Assembly: GCF_006345805.1 (NCBI RefSeq)
Contig: NC_043013.1
Location: 21,948,001 to 22,012,000 of the forward strand
Origin: Octopus sinensis
Taxonomy: Eukaryota
Length of the DNA stretch: 64,000 bases
Reading direction: 5' to 3'
The translations under genes and the position numbers were made by a program. Positions 40,789 to 55,009 of this stretch are shown piece by piece (the first letter of the stretch is position 1; every line of letters starts with the position of its first letter). The notes beneath the pieces are model-generated. The model saw nothing but the letters and a program-made list of their open reading frames with translations, was not told the DNA's origin and ran no database searches.

Positions 40789-41512
40789 ACTAAAATTGAA
40801 AAATTCGCTCGTTCAAAAGGGTTACAGAATGTTATGATAAACCTTTAAAAGCATGGGAATAGCATTGTTGCTCAAAATTATTGGAATCACTATATATTGT
40901 ACATTGTACGGCATTTTAAAACGAAAAGGGACTTATGTGTGACTTACGATGTCACGATAATTATTAAACCGAGTTCTTAATAAAATTAAAAAAATCTGGA
41001 AATGTACAAATTATGATCTTTAACTTCAATAAGTAAATTCGTTTGAATACTTTGATACCAAAGTATATAAAAACATATTTCACACTGCATGTGAATCTAT
41101 ATAACAGCGAAAGTAATAAACCAAAATAATTATATGCAAAGAGAATTTGCCTTATGATACACATATTAATGGAATCGTTATGCGAATTAAACAAATTACT
41201 ACTAAAATATTTTTGATTCATTACTTGTAAATTTATATAAATTATCATTGGTAGATTGAATTATCGCCTAAAGATGTATTTGTTCACAAAAGTTTTGTTA
41301 AAAGTGAATATACGATAATCTAACTTAATTAATTTTTAATATAACTTAATTTCGATGAACTAAACAAATTTCTTGTGATAAAAAGATGCCACAGAATGTA
41401 CAATATATAGTGATTCCAATATTTTTGAGTAAGAATGCTACTCCTATACTTTCTAAAGGTTTATTATAACATTCTGCAAGCCTTTTGAGCGTTCGCATTT
41501 TTCAGTTCTAGT
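40789..41512. mobile_element. MITE/foldback-like element with ~125-bp terminal inverted repeats
   Basis: 40789-40915 is the imperfect reverse complement of 41385-41512 (e.g. ttggaatcactatatattgtacatt / aatgtacaatatatagtgattccaa). Confidence 0.7.
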
Positions 41513-41543
41513 TTCGTACTTTCTAAGGCAACGCTTGTAATAT

Positions 41544-41902
41544 TCTATATATATAAAGCTGAAGTTGTCTGTGTATGGCAGGTTTGGTAGCCTTCAACTA
41601 ACACTATCTCCTCCGAGACCCTGAGGCGCAAGTTGACCAAAATTGAGAGTAAGATAGAAGAAGGCTTGTTCTTCCTTCCGTAGAAGAAAATTTCAAATCA
41701 GACCATGTTAAGACCAAAAATTATTTACATAAAAAGGTGCTTTTTTTCTATGAAAATCCCTATTTTTTACGAGTTTTGGCTGCTGTGTCGCCATTTTCGG
41801 TGTATTTCAAGCAGAAAAATTTTCACTTAAAGAGAATAACAAGCTATATTCCAATTCTAAAGGGTTGAAACAAATCCGAGCAACGTCAGGCGATATTATT
41901 AG
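41544..41902 (+). mobile_element. Non-autonomous Helitron-like element
   Basis: 5' TCtatatatataaag. 3' degenerate hairpin ccgagcaacgtcagg followed by ttag (canonical end is CTAG). Confidence 0.5.
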
Positions 41903-42799
41903 TATTCTATATATGCACCGTATTTCTCCTAATGGTGTGGCAACCTCTAATAAAGTGACATCCAAACGCCGACCAATTGAATAGTGTAACTGTTACAATA
42001 TTATTTGTTTATTATCATATGGAGAGATACTGAACAGTAGCTCGTATATTATAAGCTGTACTATAAAGAAATCCATTTTAAAAATTATCAATAATATTAA
42101 TTTTTAGAAAATCATTAGCAAAATTTAAAACGACATACCATGCAAAGCGAGAAGGCGAAAATGAGTAAGAAAAAAATTCTCGAAGATAGCTGCATGCCAA
42201 ACTATCGCTCATTGGTTGATTGAATTAAAAATTAACCGATAAGACGCGATCACCACGCAAACGGCCACGGGACCCTTACACGTTCATTCGCATCCTAAGC
42301 ATATATTGTCATACACCCAGTAGACTCGACTATAGCATTCTATTGTCGGTCACTGCGTGCTTGACAGATACAGTACTAATAGAGTCTTATAATACGCGAA
42401 TCCACCCAGCCGTTTGGCTGAGAATCTCGAGAAAGAAAGAATACAATGATCCCCATGTCCAGTTTATTTATAGAATGTGTGTTTGTGTGTGTGTGCCTTT
42501 GTGTCTGTGGTTGTCTCCCACTAGCGATTGACCTAGTAACTTAGCGATTCGACAAAACAGTCCAATAGAATATGTTTCAGGCTTCAAGATCAGTACTGTA
42601 GTCAGTTCGGCGAAAATTCCTCAAGGCGGTGCTCCAGCATGGCTGCAATCTAATGAATGAAACAAGTAAAAGAATAATAAAACAGAAGAATGGAACTCAG
42701 TTTATCTCTGTACAGCAACTTCTAAATAGCAGCGTGTTCGGAAGAGATGAAACAATTTTTGAAATATTCAGATGGAAGAAAGAGATGAGGTACAGTGTG

Positions 42800-44810
42800 T
42801 ATATATATGTATGTATGCATGCATGTATGTATGTACATACGTATGTATGTATGCATGTATGTATGATGTAGTATGTATGTATGTATGTATGTATGTATGT
42901 ATGTATGTATGTATGTATGCATGCATGCATGCATGTATGAATGTATGTATGTATGTATGATGTAAGTATGATGTATGTATGTATGCATGCATGTATGTAT
43001 CCAAGGATGCATGTATGAACGAATAGTTAAGTGTGTGGATGTATGTATATTTATATACACCTATACATACACACACGTATACATTTAACCATCCTCGACT
43101 TTGCTTTCATTAAAATTCACTGAGTCAGAAAATATTTTCAGCGATTGATCATTTTTATTGTTCAATCCCAAACATGTTTTGACGGATCTTGTTGCTTGCT
43201 TTGACAGCCCGCTCAGCCTTGATCAATTCAGTTAAAAATCGAGACATCTTCCACCTCTACTCGAAGCAATGTATGCTGCTATTCTCGTGCCTGATACAAC
43301 CTTCGAACTTCGTCATATTTCAGTCACTTTCTTTCATATTTCCACTCCGGATTCCTTCTCTATGGCACAGTCAATTCAACAAGTACTTAGATTTAATCAA
43401 GTTGGACCACGCAAACATACATCATTGCAATGATGCTTGAAAAAAGAGAAAACGAATATTTTCTCTAAATCTCCCTTTCAACCATTTGCACAAAATTTTC
43501 CGCGCCCTACTAAAGTTATGCTTCCACCAGGCCTTTTCTTGCCTTCCTTGGAAGAAACAACGGGTCTTAATTGAGGGTTGTTTGTCATCGCATAATTCTG
43601 TTGCATTTTTTCTGTGTGCAAGCAAGCATGTTATAACTTAGTTATTCTGCTGGGAACATTCTCAGATAAATGACTTCTTTGTTGTCGAAATGTTCTCTTG
43701 CCTGTGATATAGCTTCGTAACATAAACTTTACAATAGCTTTCTCTCTCGTGTGGTCCATACACTTTGGTTTCGTAACGCTAGTCTCTTCACATGTCCCTC
43801 CGCTTTAATATGGTGAAGGGAGATCCGATCGATGAAATTAGTTCATGCGGCGTTTATAAACCAAAAAAAGTCAGTATGTATGAGAGGTGAACATATTTCT
43901 TTAACCCTTTATCCCACTTTGTATTACGGCCGTTTCGCAGCCGTCTTTATGTAACAAAAATGTCAGTGTATAAAAAAGTATGTTTACATGCCTGCATCAA
44001 TATATATGCTACGCATTTTACAATTCAGCTGTATATTCACAAATCAAGGCAAAAGGAGGAAGCCAGCTCATCAGATAACCAGAACAGCATGGTTACATCA
44101 ACGATTCGACTCTGCATATACATACAAGATTTTCACATTATAAATATACTGAATGGTAGACCGGGGCTAGGTAAAATTAGCTCGGTATGAAGAGTAAAAA
44201 TAAAGAATATGTTGTATCATATAAATAAATGTGCTAGATTTAAGTTCAGTTCAGGGAATTCACCGTCCTTAATGTTATAAAAAAAAAACAGGAAGGAATG
44301 AGGAGAGAGAGAGAGAGAGTAAAGTAATTATAGTAGATATAATAAGAAATGAATAGCTTTCGAAAGTATATAAAACTATATATAAGAAATATAAATGAAT
44401 CAAATAGGCAAGAGACAGCTGGAGATGTTAAGATTAAACCAAGAAATAGTATTGAACCAAAGCGGACCTAAATTTTAATCACATTTTCTAATCAAACCTC
44501 AAGATATTTTCTAACTCAATGAATTGTAGTGAAAGCAAAACCGAGGATGGTTAAATTTAAACGGGTGTGTATATATAAATGTATATAAATGTACATACAT
44601 CCACACACATAACTACTCCTTCGTACATGCATCTTTACATGCATACATACATACATCAGACATACATACTTACATACATACATACATACATACATACATC
44701 ATACATATATACATACATACATACATACATCATACATACATACATACATACATACATACATACATACATACATACATACATACATACATACATACATACA
44801 TACATACAAA
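42800..44810. repeat. Imperfect inverted repeat (~42800-43140 vs ~44500-44810) including (TATG)n
   Basis: atttaaccatcctcgactttgctttcattaaaattcactgagtcagaaaatat matches the reverse complement of atattttctaactcaatgaattgtagtgaaagcaaaaccgaggatggttaaat. Confidence 0.75.
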
Positions 44811-47187
44811 GATCCACAAACAGTTAAAAGGGAGTAGAAAGCCACTGCACAAATCATTTATTCAGGACTACAAAAATGCGCAACATCAAACCAGTTGCAC
44901 ACTAATGTTTGTGATCCCTTTCAAATGTGGTATATAAGTTTTATCGATACAAAATGAATAAAAATCGATCTACCAATCATTGCAGGAGCTACACTTCTTA
45001 TTCTTCGACTGCAATTTCATTCGCATTTCCTACAAATTCCATTGACTGATATTTATCTTTGTTGATTCCGGGAGGATTGACCTCATCGCGATTTCAGTAC
45101 AAACTGTAACGAAAGGCCGTAACGAAGGACTACATCATAGGGTGATAACTAAGGGCCATAACAACGGACTATAACAAGGGACGGTAACTAAAGGCCGTAA
45201 CGAAGGACAATAACAAAGAGTGGTAAATAAGATCCGCAACTAAGAGCCGTAAGGAATTAGGGCATAGCATTTTTGTGCGATACTCAAACCATTTTGCCAG
45301 AGGTTTGACCGATCCGACAGTAGGGTGCAGATTAAATAATGTAGTCATTCATTCCTTAAAGGCAAATAAAAGGCAAGATGGCTGAGAAGGAGAAGCCCTT
45401 GTATCAGATGCCAGTTCATTCATGAACGGACAGTGTTGAACAATAACAACGATCGTAGCCACAACGAATTTACCACACACTGATACGTCTATAACATTCA
45501 CATTTGTATTTATACATAGATATACATACATTTATAACGTTCTTACCTCTTTGCAACAAATATTATAAATACAACATATTATAGTTTTGTTGTTTTTCTG
45601 AAATTTTAGCAGAAGGCTAGCAATTTCGGGGGAGGGGTATGTCAATTACAACGAGCCCCATTGCTCAGTTGGCGCTTCTTTTATCGACCCCCGGAGAAAT
45701 GAAAGGCAAAGTCGAGATAGACGGAATATGAACTCAGAGCGTAATGACAGACGAAATGCCACTCACCATTTTCACCGATGTCCAAATTATTCTGCCAGCT
45801 GGCCGCCTTTCTTTTAGAAATTTCATTCTGATTCAAATTATTTATCTATTCCATCTTTAGACTGCGACCAAGCTGGGGCATCGCCTTGAAGAATTTCCGG
45901 TTAAGTGCACTGAACACGGTATTTCCTTTAAGCCTGGTACTCTTTATATCTGTCTGTTTTATCGAACCGCTAGGTTACTGGGATGCAAACACACCAACAG
46001 CGGTTGTCAAGCGGTGGTTGGAGACAAACACACATACACACTCTCACACACACGTGCGCACGCACACACGCAGACACACACACACATGCACGCACACACG
46101 CACACACGCAGACACACACAAATATACATATAAAAAGAGAGATAGAGGGAGAGAAACATGCAGAGAGAGAAAAAGGAGAGAGAGGATATAGAGGAGAGAG
46201 AGAGAGAGTCAATTATGCAGATAAACAATTTTGATATATTGAATATAACAGATTGGTTATGAAATATGTATATAAAGTTCAAGGGTTGTTTCTGGGGGCT
46301 CGAAGTTCCATCACAATGTCGACAGATTTACTTCATGACAAAATGCGGCCGTAATGGAAACAATCAACATTGGACAACTCGAACCTCCGTCGTTAGGGTA
46401 GAGAAGATCTTACATTTCAGATGATAATGCAGAGAAATTCAAAGATGGAATGATTAAATGTGGAGAACAATCCGTAATGAAGAAAGGAAGTAGGAGGGTC
46501 GGTGGGGTTATGAGAAATATTAAGACAGGAAATGGTGAGAGGAAGTGGGTTAATAATGAGAGTATTGAGTTGGGTGGGGTAGTAGAAATGGAAAGTTGGG
46601 AGATGAGTGGGAGAGGTGGGATTGATAATAATGTGCGATCAGTTGTCGTAGGTTTTGTGTAGAGATTTCAAAGTTCAAGGGTAGAAGCTGTAGAATTATT
46701 GGAGGGTGACAATACAGTTCACGTGTATTATTGCATCTCTCTACTCACTCTACAATAAGGATGTGGTGCATCGGGTATCTGGGTGATGTGATAGCTCTGA
46801 CAGGGAACATGTGGTGCTGTTCGGAGTAATCCGTCCGCCTTTCTCACATATGGTTCCGCTCCAACAACGGTGCCACCTCCTGAGAACAAAACAGTTTTCC
46901 ATGGTCAGAAAGAAAACGCAAACTACGCAAGTCCTGAGCCAACAACTGCTTTCCTTCAGTCCCCCGCAGATCACCGGTGCCTCGCTTTTTGCGGCAGAGC
47001 CTTCTGGACACGCATCAGACTAATGGATCGCAACTAGACACACCATAACTTGTCTCTTTCTGCCATCTGATCTCATTAGTCATCGTCGACAACGACGGAC
47101 GAACTAATAGCTAACACAACAACAATAGCTGTCTAAACTTTTCTACATTATCACTGCTTGGTTATAGAATTCGATGTTTACACACCT

Positions 47188-47241
<54 letters not shown>

Positions 47242-47249
47242 TTACTACG

Positions 47250-47580
47250 CCACTCCGTCGGTTACGACGACGAGGGTTCCAGTTGATCCAATCAAAAGAA
47301 CAGCCTACTCCTGAAATTAATGTGTAAGTGGCCCAGCGCTCAACAGACTCGAGTCGACCAAAGCTTTGTAAGGGAAATTCCGGAGAAACTGTGTAGAATC
47401 CCATCCAGTTGATAACAGTTGTAATTTAAAGGTGAAACCGTGTCGCATTGTCTCAGTCTGGTTCTATCTGAGAATTACGTTAAATGTACACCTATCAATA
47501 GAATGTTCAGCGACTTGTACACTAATTCAATGAGTAAGTTGTCCTGAGGATCGAATTCATCGTCGAAATCAACGGAGATC
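47250..47580. mobile_element. Degenerate repeat with inverted ends (MITE-like)
   Basis: ctccgtcggttacgacgacgag at the left end vs catcgtcgaaatcaacggag at the right end, with further inverted similarity internally. Confidence 0.4.
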
Positions 47581-47976
47581 CACTTAATCATCATATCAAA
47601 TGTATTTTCATAATTCTTCTCCAAACTTTATCCACGTCCAAATAAGTTGTATATTACTTGAATCATCGCGTAAAGTGAACATTTTGTAGTTTTAATTTCA
47701 AATTCTTATAGTAAGATTTCTACTTTGTAATTAACCTTGTTAATTTCTGAGAGTGTGCAAGAGATCGTGAAATTGTTTAAATTGCTGATATCATCATTTA
47801 CCGTTGATTACCAATGTGTTAGAATGCTGAACATCCTTTGCTACTCTGCTTATAGTGTCCCTTCGTTCGGATCCCCTATTGATTTCTTTATAAGTTCTAA
47901 AATCACGTCAGCTTAATAGGAATCTATCTGACTGATACAGCAACAGAAAAAGAATAATATTCCTCACGGTCATTAG

Positions 47977-48076
<100 letters not shown>

Positions 48077-48189
48077 CTCTGTGTGTGTGTGTGTGTGTGT
48101 GTGTCCACATTCATTTTATTTAGAATTCTCTTTCGCGACAAAAGAAAACGAATAATAAAATCAAGGTGTGTGCTGATTTTTGCACTGTT

Positions 48190-48575
48190 TTAAACGAATG
48201 TTTTAAAACGTGCCACAATCCGTTACTTTCTACAGAGGATATTTTTGCGAAATTAAACGGTGTCAAGATTTTTTCTAAATTGGATCTCTCTGACGCGTAC
48301 CTACAAATTAGAGTAAACGATGAATGCTCTAAATGCATAACAATTAACACACAGGAAAGACTGTATAAATACAACAGGTTACAATTTGGCTTAAAAGTCG
48401 CACCAGCGATTTTCAACATATTTTGGATGCAATATTAGCAGACTGTGAATTTGCAATTCCATATCTGGATAATATAGTCATTAAAAAAACGAATCCAGAT
48501 ATGAACACGTAGAGCACGTAAAGTATGTACTCGAAAAAATTAGATTATTACGTCCTTAATTGAGTGTACCGATTG
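48190..48575 (+). mobile_element. Ty3/Gypsy RT fragment (same family as 1-340)
   Basis: CADF...PLLSTEDIFAKLNGVKIFSKLDLSDAYLQI...YNRLQFGLKVAPAIF. Confidence 0.8.
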
Positions 48576-49853
48576 GCAGTTCAAGTTGGTAAGCAGTTCA
48601 CTGTGAGCCGTGATTGAGAGCGTTGAATCTCAGGTAATAGTAATAGTAGGGAGAAGTTGTTAAATTATATATCGAACACAAGGACATAAAATAATATTAC
48701 ATGCAGAGGACTCGTTGCAAATAGATCAAATTGTTTGCAGCAGCGAAGTTTCTGTCGTAGAAACTGAGCATTTGTTTCATGATATTCTAAAACAACACGC
48801 ATGAAGCATGGACCTGAGAGTGAAAGACACCTGAGAGGATGTTTGCATGGTGAACGGACACTGTCAAAGAAGATTCCTAGCGAATTTCTTGAAGAAACAT
48901 GAGCCAATGACAATGGTTATCCATGCTACAGGTGACGCCAAGGTGGGACAATACAAGTTTATAAAGTTAATAATAGGTGTGTAGTCCCCAATAGAAAGGA
49001 CCAATGTCGTACTTTCAAAGCGCATGTAAATATGCAAATATGTCCGACTACCAAGTCAATGAAATACATATTCAAGTAACATTATAAAGGCTACAAAAAC
49101 ATTAAATTTAATATAAGTAAAAGGAAGATGGACGTTGAAGTTGTACATGATGAAAATATATAACAGACTCCATGCTATTATACTCGCTGCCAGTGCAACA
49201 GCAAGAATCTGTCTTTTACAGAGAAAGTAATGAGAAAGAAGCGTTAGAGAGAGAGAAGAGCTGCCCGTCGTAACACGCCTCTACCATCATGGTTTGTCCT
49301 TAGTAAATGATACAGAAATACAAGACGCCGGTTGCATATTGATATTCCTTATCATTATATGTGTGACAAAGGGATGACTGTTTGGAAAGTACACGAGAGA
49401 TGAGAAGAGAGAATTATGTCAAGACTTTAATTTCCAAGTCCAAAGCAAGAAGAAATATTTTATCTGAGGTTGTAATTGTTACATGTTGAAGGAGCTCGCA
49501 TTTTTTGATGATCTTAAAACAGCTGATATTGTGCGATATGAGTTGGCATGAAATAGCTGTCATCGTTTTTATAACACAAGTGGAAGTATACTTTATAAAT
49601 GAGTGCGACCCTTTAGTTTCAACTCACAGCGGGAAATGTCACATTTAAGAATTATTGGAATTTTTAAAAGAATGAAAAACGGCAAAGTCTTTAGATACGA
49701 AATTTATCAATGGTTGCTTTAATCGTTTTTTGATAAAGTTGTTGGTATTTTTGTGTAGTAGTATAAACATGCATACGCATACACATGCAAAAGCACACAC
49801 ACATACACAGACACAGACAACCACACATATGTATATATCTATATATATATATA

Positions 49854-49958
<105 letters not shown>

Positions 49959-50437
49959 ATCATCTGGTGATCTTATGCCATCTCAATCGTTAAGTCAATA
50001 CTTTTTCACCCGGAGTATCTTTATAAAGTGTATTGAATAGATACAATCACTTCATTAAGAGGATAAATTCAAACAAGTAACATCTCGTTCTTGAAAGCCA
50101 TTTCTACCTAGAAAACAGACAGGATGTTAAGGAGGAATTATCTTCAAATTATTTGTATGTAAATGTTTTATTGTATAATTAATATATGCTTTTAATTTTT
50201 AAGAGTTTAGCCATCACGACTGAGACCCTACAAGAACACAATTTATATATATATGAGTTCAGTAAAAATTTAGATTCACATGAATACGGTACTTAAGTTG
50301 AGGGACCAGAATTTAGTACGGTTATTATCCATACAATTTCAAAGTAAGGTGATTAAAATCAAAATAAGCAACAAGGATAATCAAAAGTAATGCAATTTTC
50401 TTTTCCTCCCTCTATTGTGGTAAAACTTTGATATATA

Positions 50438-50953
50438 CCGTAAATCCTCGAGAATAATCTGCATTTTTTCCTAAAATTTAAAGGTCAAAATACCTAGTGC
50501 GTACTATATACGAGGTTAAACATGAAAATTATTTTCTAATCTATGTCCGAGTCTCAATTTGCTCTCTGGCTATGTTTATTCAGACGCATTTTGTGATGTC
50601 GGGCGTGAAAATACCTTAAGCTAAACATGAAAGCAATGAAGTCATAAAAGAATCATCCATAACTTGCAGTAAGCAACATTTATTAAACGTTATTACTGTT
50701 ATTTCTTTATTTTCTGCAAACAAAATGCACAAAAATACTACACGTTCCCACTATGATATATAAACAATAATAATAAAGGACGTTACCGAATACATTTTTA
50801 CAAACCAAGGACGTTATATAGACCTCCTTGACTCAAGTTAGAGAAGGAGTGCATATTATACACAAGTTTAAGTTTTTTCAGAGGTAGAGCCCCTCCCCAA
50901 AAAAATCCCCTGCGTGTTATACTCAAGGGTGGACTATAGTCGAGGATTTATGG
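50438..50953. mobile_element. pogo/Tc2-like MITE
   Basis: TA|ccgtaaatcctcgagaataatc ... gactatagtcgaggatttatgg|TA: terminal inverted repeats with TA target duplication. Confidence 0.75.
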
Positions 50954-52096
50954 TACTCTAAATATTCAAAGAAGTTTTATCCTTATGTTAAATTTTCATT
51001 CTTAATAATCTTGATTACCCTAAACTTTAACTTAATACAATAAGACAATATTGTTTGAAATGATCTTTAGAAATTACTTGACTTATCTCTTTCTTTAATG
51101 ACTCTATCCTCCTGATCTTAGTATTGACAAGGGCCTTTATTAAATAACCCTTCTAAACAAGTACAACTAAGAAACTATAAATATCGTGTAGGGAGTAACA
51201 ATATTAACTTCTTAAATCTTTGATATGACTCTTAATTTAAAAAAAAAAGATTAGTGTAAAATACGATTGTTCCGTAACTTAAATATTCCTTTAGCTGACA
51301 TCAAACATCAGCCTTTTATTGATATTAGCTAAATAAGTAAATATATAATTTTTAGTCTAATATATTTTGAAGTATTATCCTTTTTCTAAAAATCATTTCT
51401 ATTGGTGTTAATAAGCTACATATGCTTTACCATAGTATTGGAAATTAAGTTATTTTCTTTCCTTTTCTATGGTGTTCTGCCCTACCTGATCATTTTATTG
51501 TATTTCTTTATTATTTTATAATTAGCCTTTATTTATAAAATTAATTCTAATTTTTGTATCTCTATAAATTCATACTATACTGGTATATTCATTACTTATA
51601 AAAAAACCTGCTTAGATTATAATTTTCTTAATATATAATTAACAAGTTCCTTTGCCTCAATACTCCTTTATTAATACCAGTTTATACCAATTAATCAATA
51701 TTTTATTCACCACTGAGTATCACAAGGAACGATTGTCATGTGACTATATCTTAATAATGTTACATGCAGACGACCCGTTGACGCAACAAGAATTCTCAAT
51801 GAAGAGAAACGTTTGCGTAACCAAATTCCTGCCAAAATGAAAGACTGCATGCCTGGAAACAATTTTAGGGTTTACAAATAAATGTTCCTTCGTATTCCTT
51901 CTTGTTACTCCAACTTATGCAATTATACATGTATGTATGTATATGTATATGTGTGTTTTTATATGTATGCACATATATATACACATGAGTATACATATAT
52001 ATTAAAATGAATATACATATGTGTATGTATACATACATTCATACATATACACATACATACATACATACATACATACATACTTATATATATATATAC

Positions 52097-52173
<77 letters not shown>

Positions 52174-53351
52174 AAATGGGTGAATATTAACATGACCTAA
52201 ACCTTCTGAACTATGCCTATCCCTTGTCCAGTGAGATCAAAATTAATCAGGGATCGTTGGTTGTTACTAGACTCCACGACACTCACCCTCAGTGTTCGTT
52301 GGCTGTCACTCATTTCCACGACACTCCCTGTCTTGAGATATTGGCTATTTTTATGCCATCTCTATTACTTAAATCCAACAAGACTATTTTGAATCGTTGT
52401 GTAAAACTCTGCTAGTTTCGTATGGAAGAATTAGTTAATATAAAGTTTATGTCGTAACTCTCTACGACAATTTTCTTTGACTTCTAAATGTACTGTAAAT
52501 ATTAAATGTACGTAAATAAACTAATTTAGTAAATAATTACTCTTTCTTCATTTTCTTCAACCTGTTAATGAGATTTATTTCTGTATCCATGAAACTGTTA
52601 TTATAGCGGTGACCTTTCAACATGTACGTTTCAGCGTCTTCGTGTATAATTCATCACGGTGTTTACGCAGCCTGAGTTAAGATTTATGTATAGTGATAAC
52701 ACTTATAGTTAAGTTATAAGTGACCGGTTTATCACTATAGATTTCTACTCAGTAAACATCTATATTTATTATCTTTTCCAAGTCAAAAACATTCTATACC
52801 AGATTATCCAACACAACCTTATATATTGGTGACAAGCCGACGTGAACTTAGAAAAGTCTACTCAGGAGAATAATCACTCTATAAATAAGATAGAATCAAC
52901 CCGTTATAAAAGTGGTGAATCGCCTTTATAAAAAGTGGTTAATTCTACGAACAAGTTATACGTAATACTTTCACTAAAGTCTCTGAAGTGTCTAGAATGT
53001 TCTCTTCCAAGAAATACTGATGCTTCTGATCTCGTTTGAAACAAATAACATTTCTTTTTCTTTCTTCCTCTTTTTCTATTTTTGCTCCTCTCTTTTTTTA
53101 TCTCACCCTCACTCCTCCTACCCCTCTCTCTTATGTTCCCTCTCTTTCTATCCCTCTCCAATTTGTCGCTCTCCCTCATTATTTCAATGGGTAATTTTAT
53201 GGTGATGTAGTGGTGGTCATCGCCGTATTTGTTACTGAATTATGCTTGTAGCACTTTTCTTTCTTATTCCTTTCATCTTCATTCTTTGTAAATTAATGTT
53301 AAACGTGAATATGAAATATGAAATTTTTTACAAAATAAATTTTCATTGCAG

Positions 53352-53387
53352 TTCTCTTCTACATCTCACTGACATTTGGAAATGGAC
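53352..53387 (+). CDS. PAN/apple-domain paralog exon 2 (36 nt)
   Basis: aaattttcattgcag|TTCTC...AATGGAC|gtaagt, identical to 25579-25614. Confidence 0.7.
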
Positions 53388-53947
53388 GTAAGTAAATTTA
53401 TATCAATATATAGACATATATCTATGAAAATTATGGAAATCACTACTCAAAACTTTAATTTATAAGTTCAGTGGAAGAAAATATTTTCCTTTCCTAATTA
53501 AATTAGATGAAAAGAAAACTCAAGATAAATCTCGTATTATGACGAATTCGCTTCTTAACATAATTTCCATTGGTGATAATTCAGTTTTCCGTCAGCTTGT
53601 AAGCATTTTGTTAAATAAAACAAAAAGTGCTGGTATTAGGGGACATTCTTTACAACAGACAACCGTTAAACATTATAGCATATAACTTGTGAATCATTTA
53701 AATAATAGAATTAATTAAACAACATTTAAGACTCATTCGCAGTCATTTCCATTAAACAGATTATATATCCCAAGATGCTTTGTACCTCCAATATGGTAGT
53801 AACAACTCTATCACTTCTTCCTGGTAAAAAATATCAATGCTGATCCTCAAACATTTAATATTCTCTATCTTTATTATTATCTATTTTCACAATGTTTTAT
53901 TTTCGTCTTCGTATTTTGGTTGTTTAATTTGCCTGGCTTTGTTACAG

Positions 53948-54205
53948 TTGAATATCTGAAGTATTTTATGAAAGTACCAAACTGTGCTCTGAAAGACGGT
54001 AATACATTGATGACACTTGACCTGGATGCCTTTCACTGTTCGAAGAGTTGTTTTGAAACTTCTGCATGTAAATCTTTCGTGAGCAGAACGATAAGTCCAA
54101 GCTGTATTTTATACGAAGAAGACTCAACAGAGAGGATGCTAATAAAAATAACTAATACCCATTTTTATCAGTTGAGAAGATCTGTGCCGACCAAGTATAG
54201 AGACG
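53948..54205 (+). CDS. PAN/apple-domain paralog exon 3
   Basis: ttacag|TTGAAT...AGAGACG|gtaaac; 258 nt, open, 5 aa different from the left copy. Confidence 0.78.
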
Positions 54206-54792
54206 GTAAACAAATTTGAATCTTTTGTGTTTATTTCATTCCTTGACTTGTATTCTATGTTTTAGTCCAAAGAGAAACAATACCGTCGGCATTTGAAAAT
54301 TGTCTGCGATTTCTCTGGTCGATGTAGATTAGCGTGAGTTGGAAAATAATTGTTTGTAGAGTTTTCATTCCGGAGAGTTAAAGTTCTAATAAAGTTTTTA
54401 GTGATGTGTTTAGCAGAAAATTTAGAAACGGATTGAGACACAAGATTACCGAGGAGGGAAGAGAAAATGTAAAGTTTTATGAGACCGTTTTGTCATGTGA
54501 CTCTCAGAGAATATTCTCAATATATTTGATGATGAAAATAATGCATGTCTGGTGTGTAATATTTGTGTATGGATGACATCAGTTTGTGAGGGAGACGAAA
54601 AGGGATCTTATAATAAAACAGAATATGATAACAGTTTTTAAAACTATGCACAATAATTACACAAGATGCTTAACTGAATGTGTAAAACACATTTTGTTTT
54701 TTAAAATATAAATCAAAGAAAATGGGAAAAAATGAGTGAAAACCCTCAAACTGGATCAAATCAGAATTACCCACAATCCTGAGTAACACTCT

Positions 54793-54847
<55 letters not shown>

Positions 54848-55009
54848 TTTTTCTATATATCTTCTCTTTCTCTCTCTCTTTCTTTCTCTTTCTCTCTCAC
54901 TCATTCATTCTCTCTCCCCTCCCCTCTCTCTCTTCTCTTTCTCTTCTATATCTGTCATTCATGTCCAGAGTGCCCCAGAAAGATTTACCCGTGTGTAAAA
55001 CTCTTCCTA

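Noticed and set aside
42162-42171. ATGA|gtaaga as an alternative plus-strand exon 1 for the right gene body
   Set aside because: It is phase-compatible but has no homology to exon 1 and no promoter evidence, and such motifs are expected by chance. It cannot be excluded without transcripts.
46330-47050. Possible CR1/L2 LINE 5' region or coding exon
   Set aside because: Too degenerate; no intact motif or splice-bounded reading frame that I can support.
48190-48575. Gypsy fragment as part of the large inverted duplication with 1-340
   Set aside because: It is not colinear with the arms and its flanks differ. A separate copy of the same family is the simpler explanation.
50960-51740. AT-rich tract as a mitochondrial insertion (NUMT)
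   Set aside because: No recognisable mitochondrial gene motifs. There is a faint resemblance to a decayed Penelope-like element, but too weak to call.
53311-53387. ATG AAA TAT GAA... (MKYEIF) as the start codon directly upstream of exon 2
   Set aside because: It is out of frame in the right copy and hits TAG in the left copy. A conserved ttgcag acceptor explains exon 2 better.
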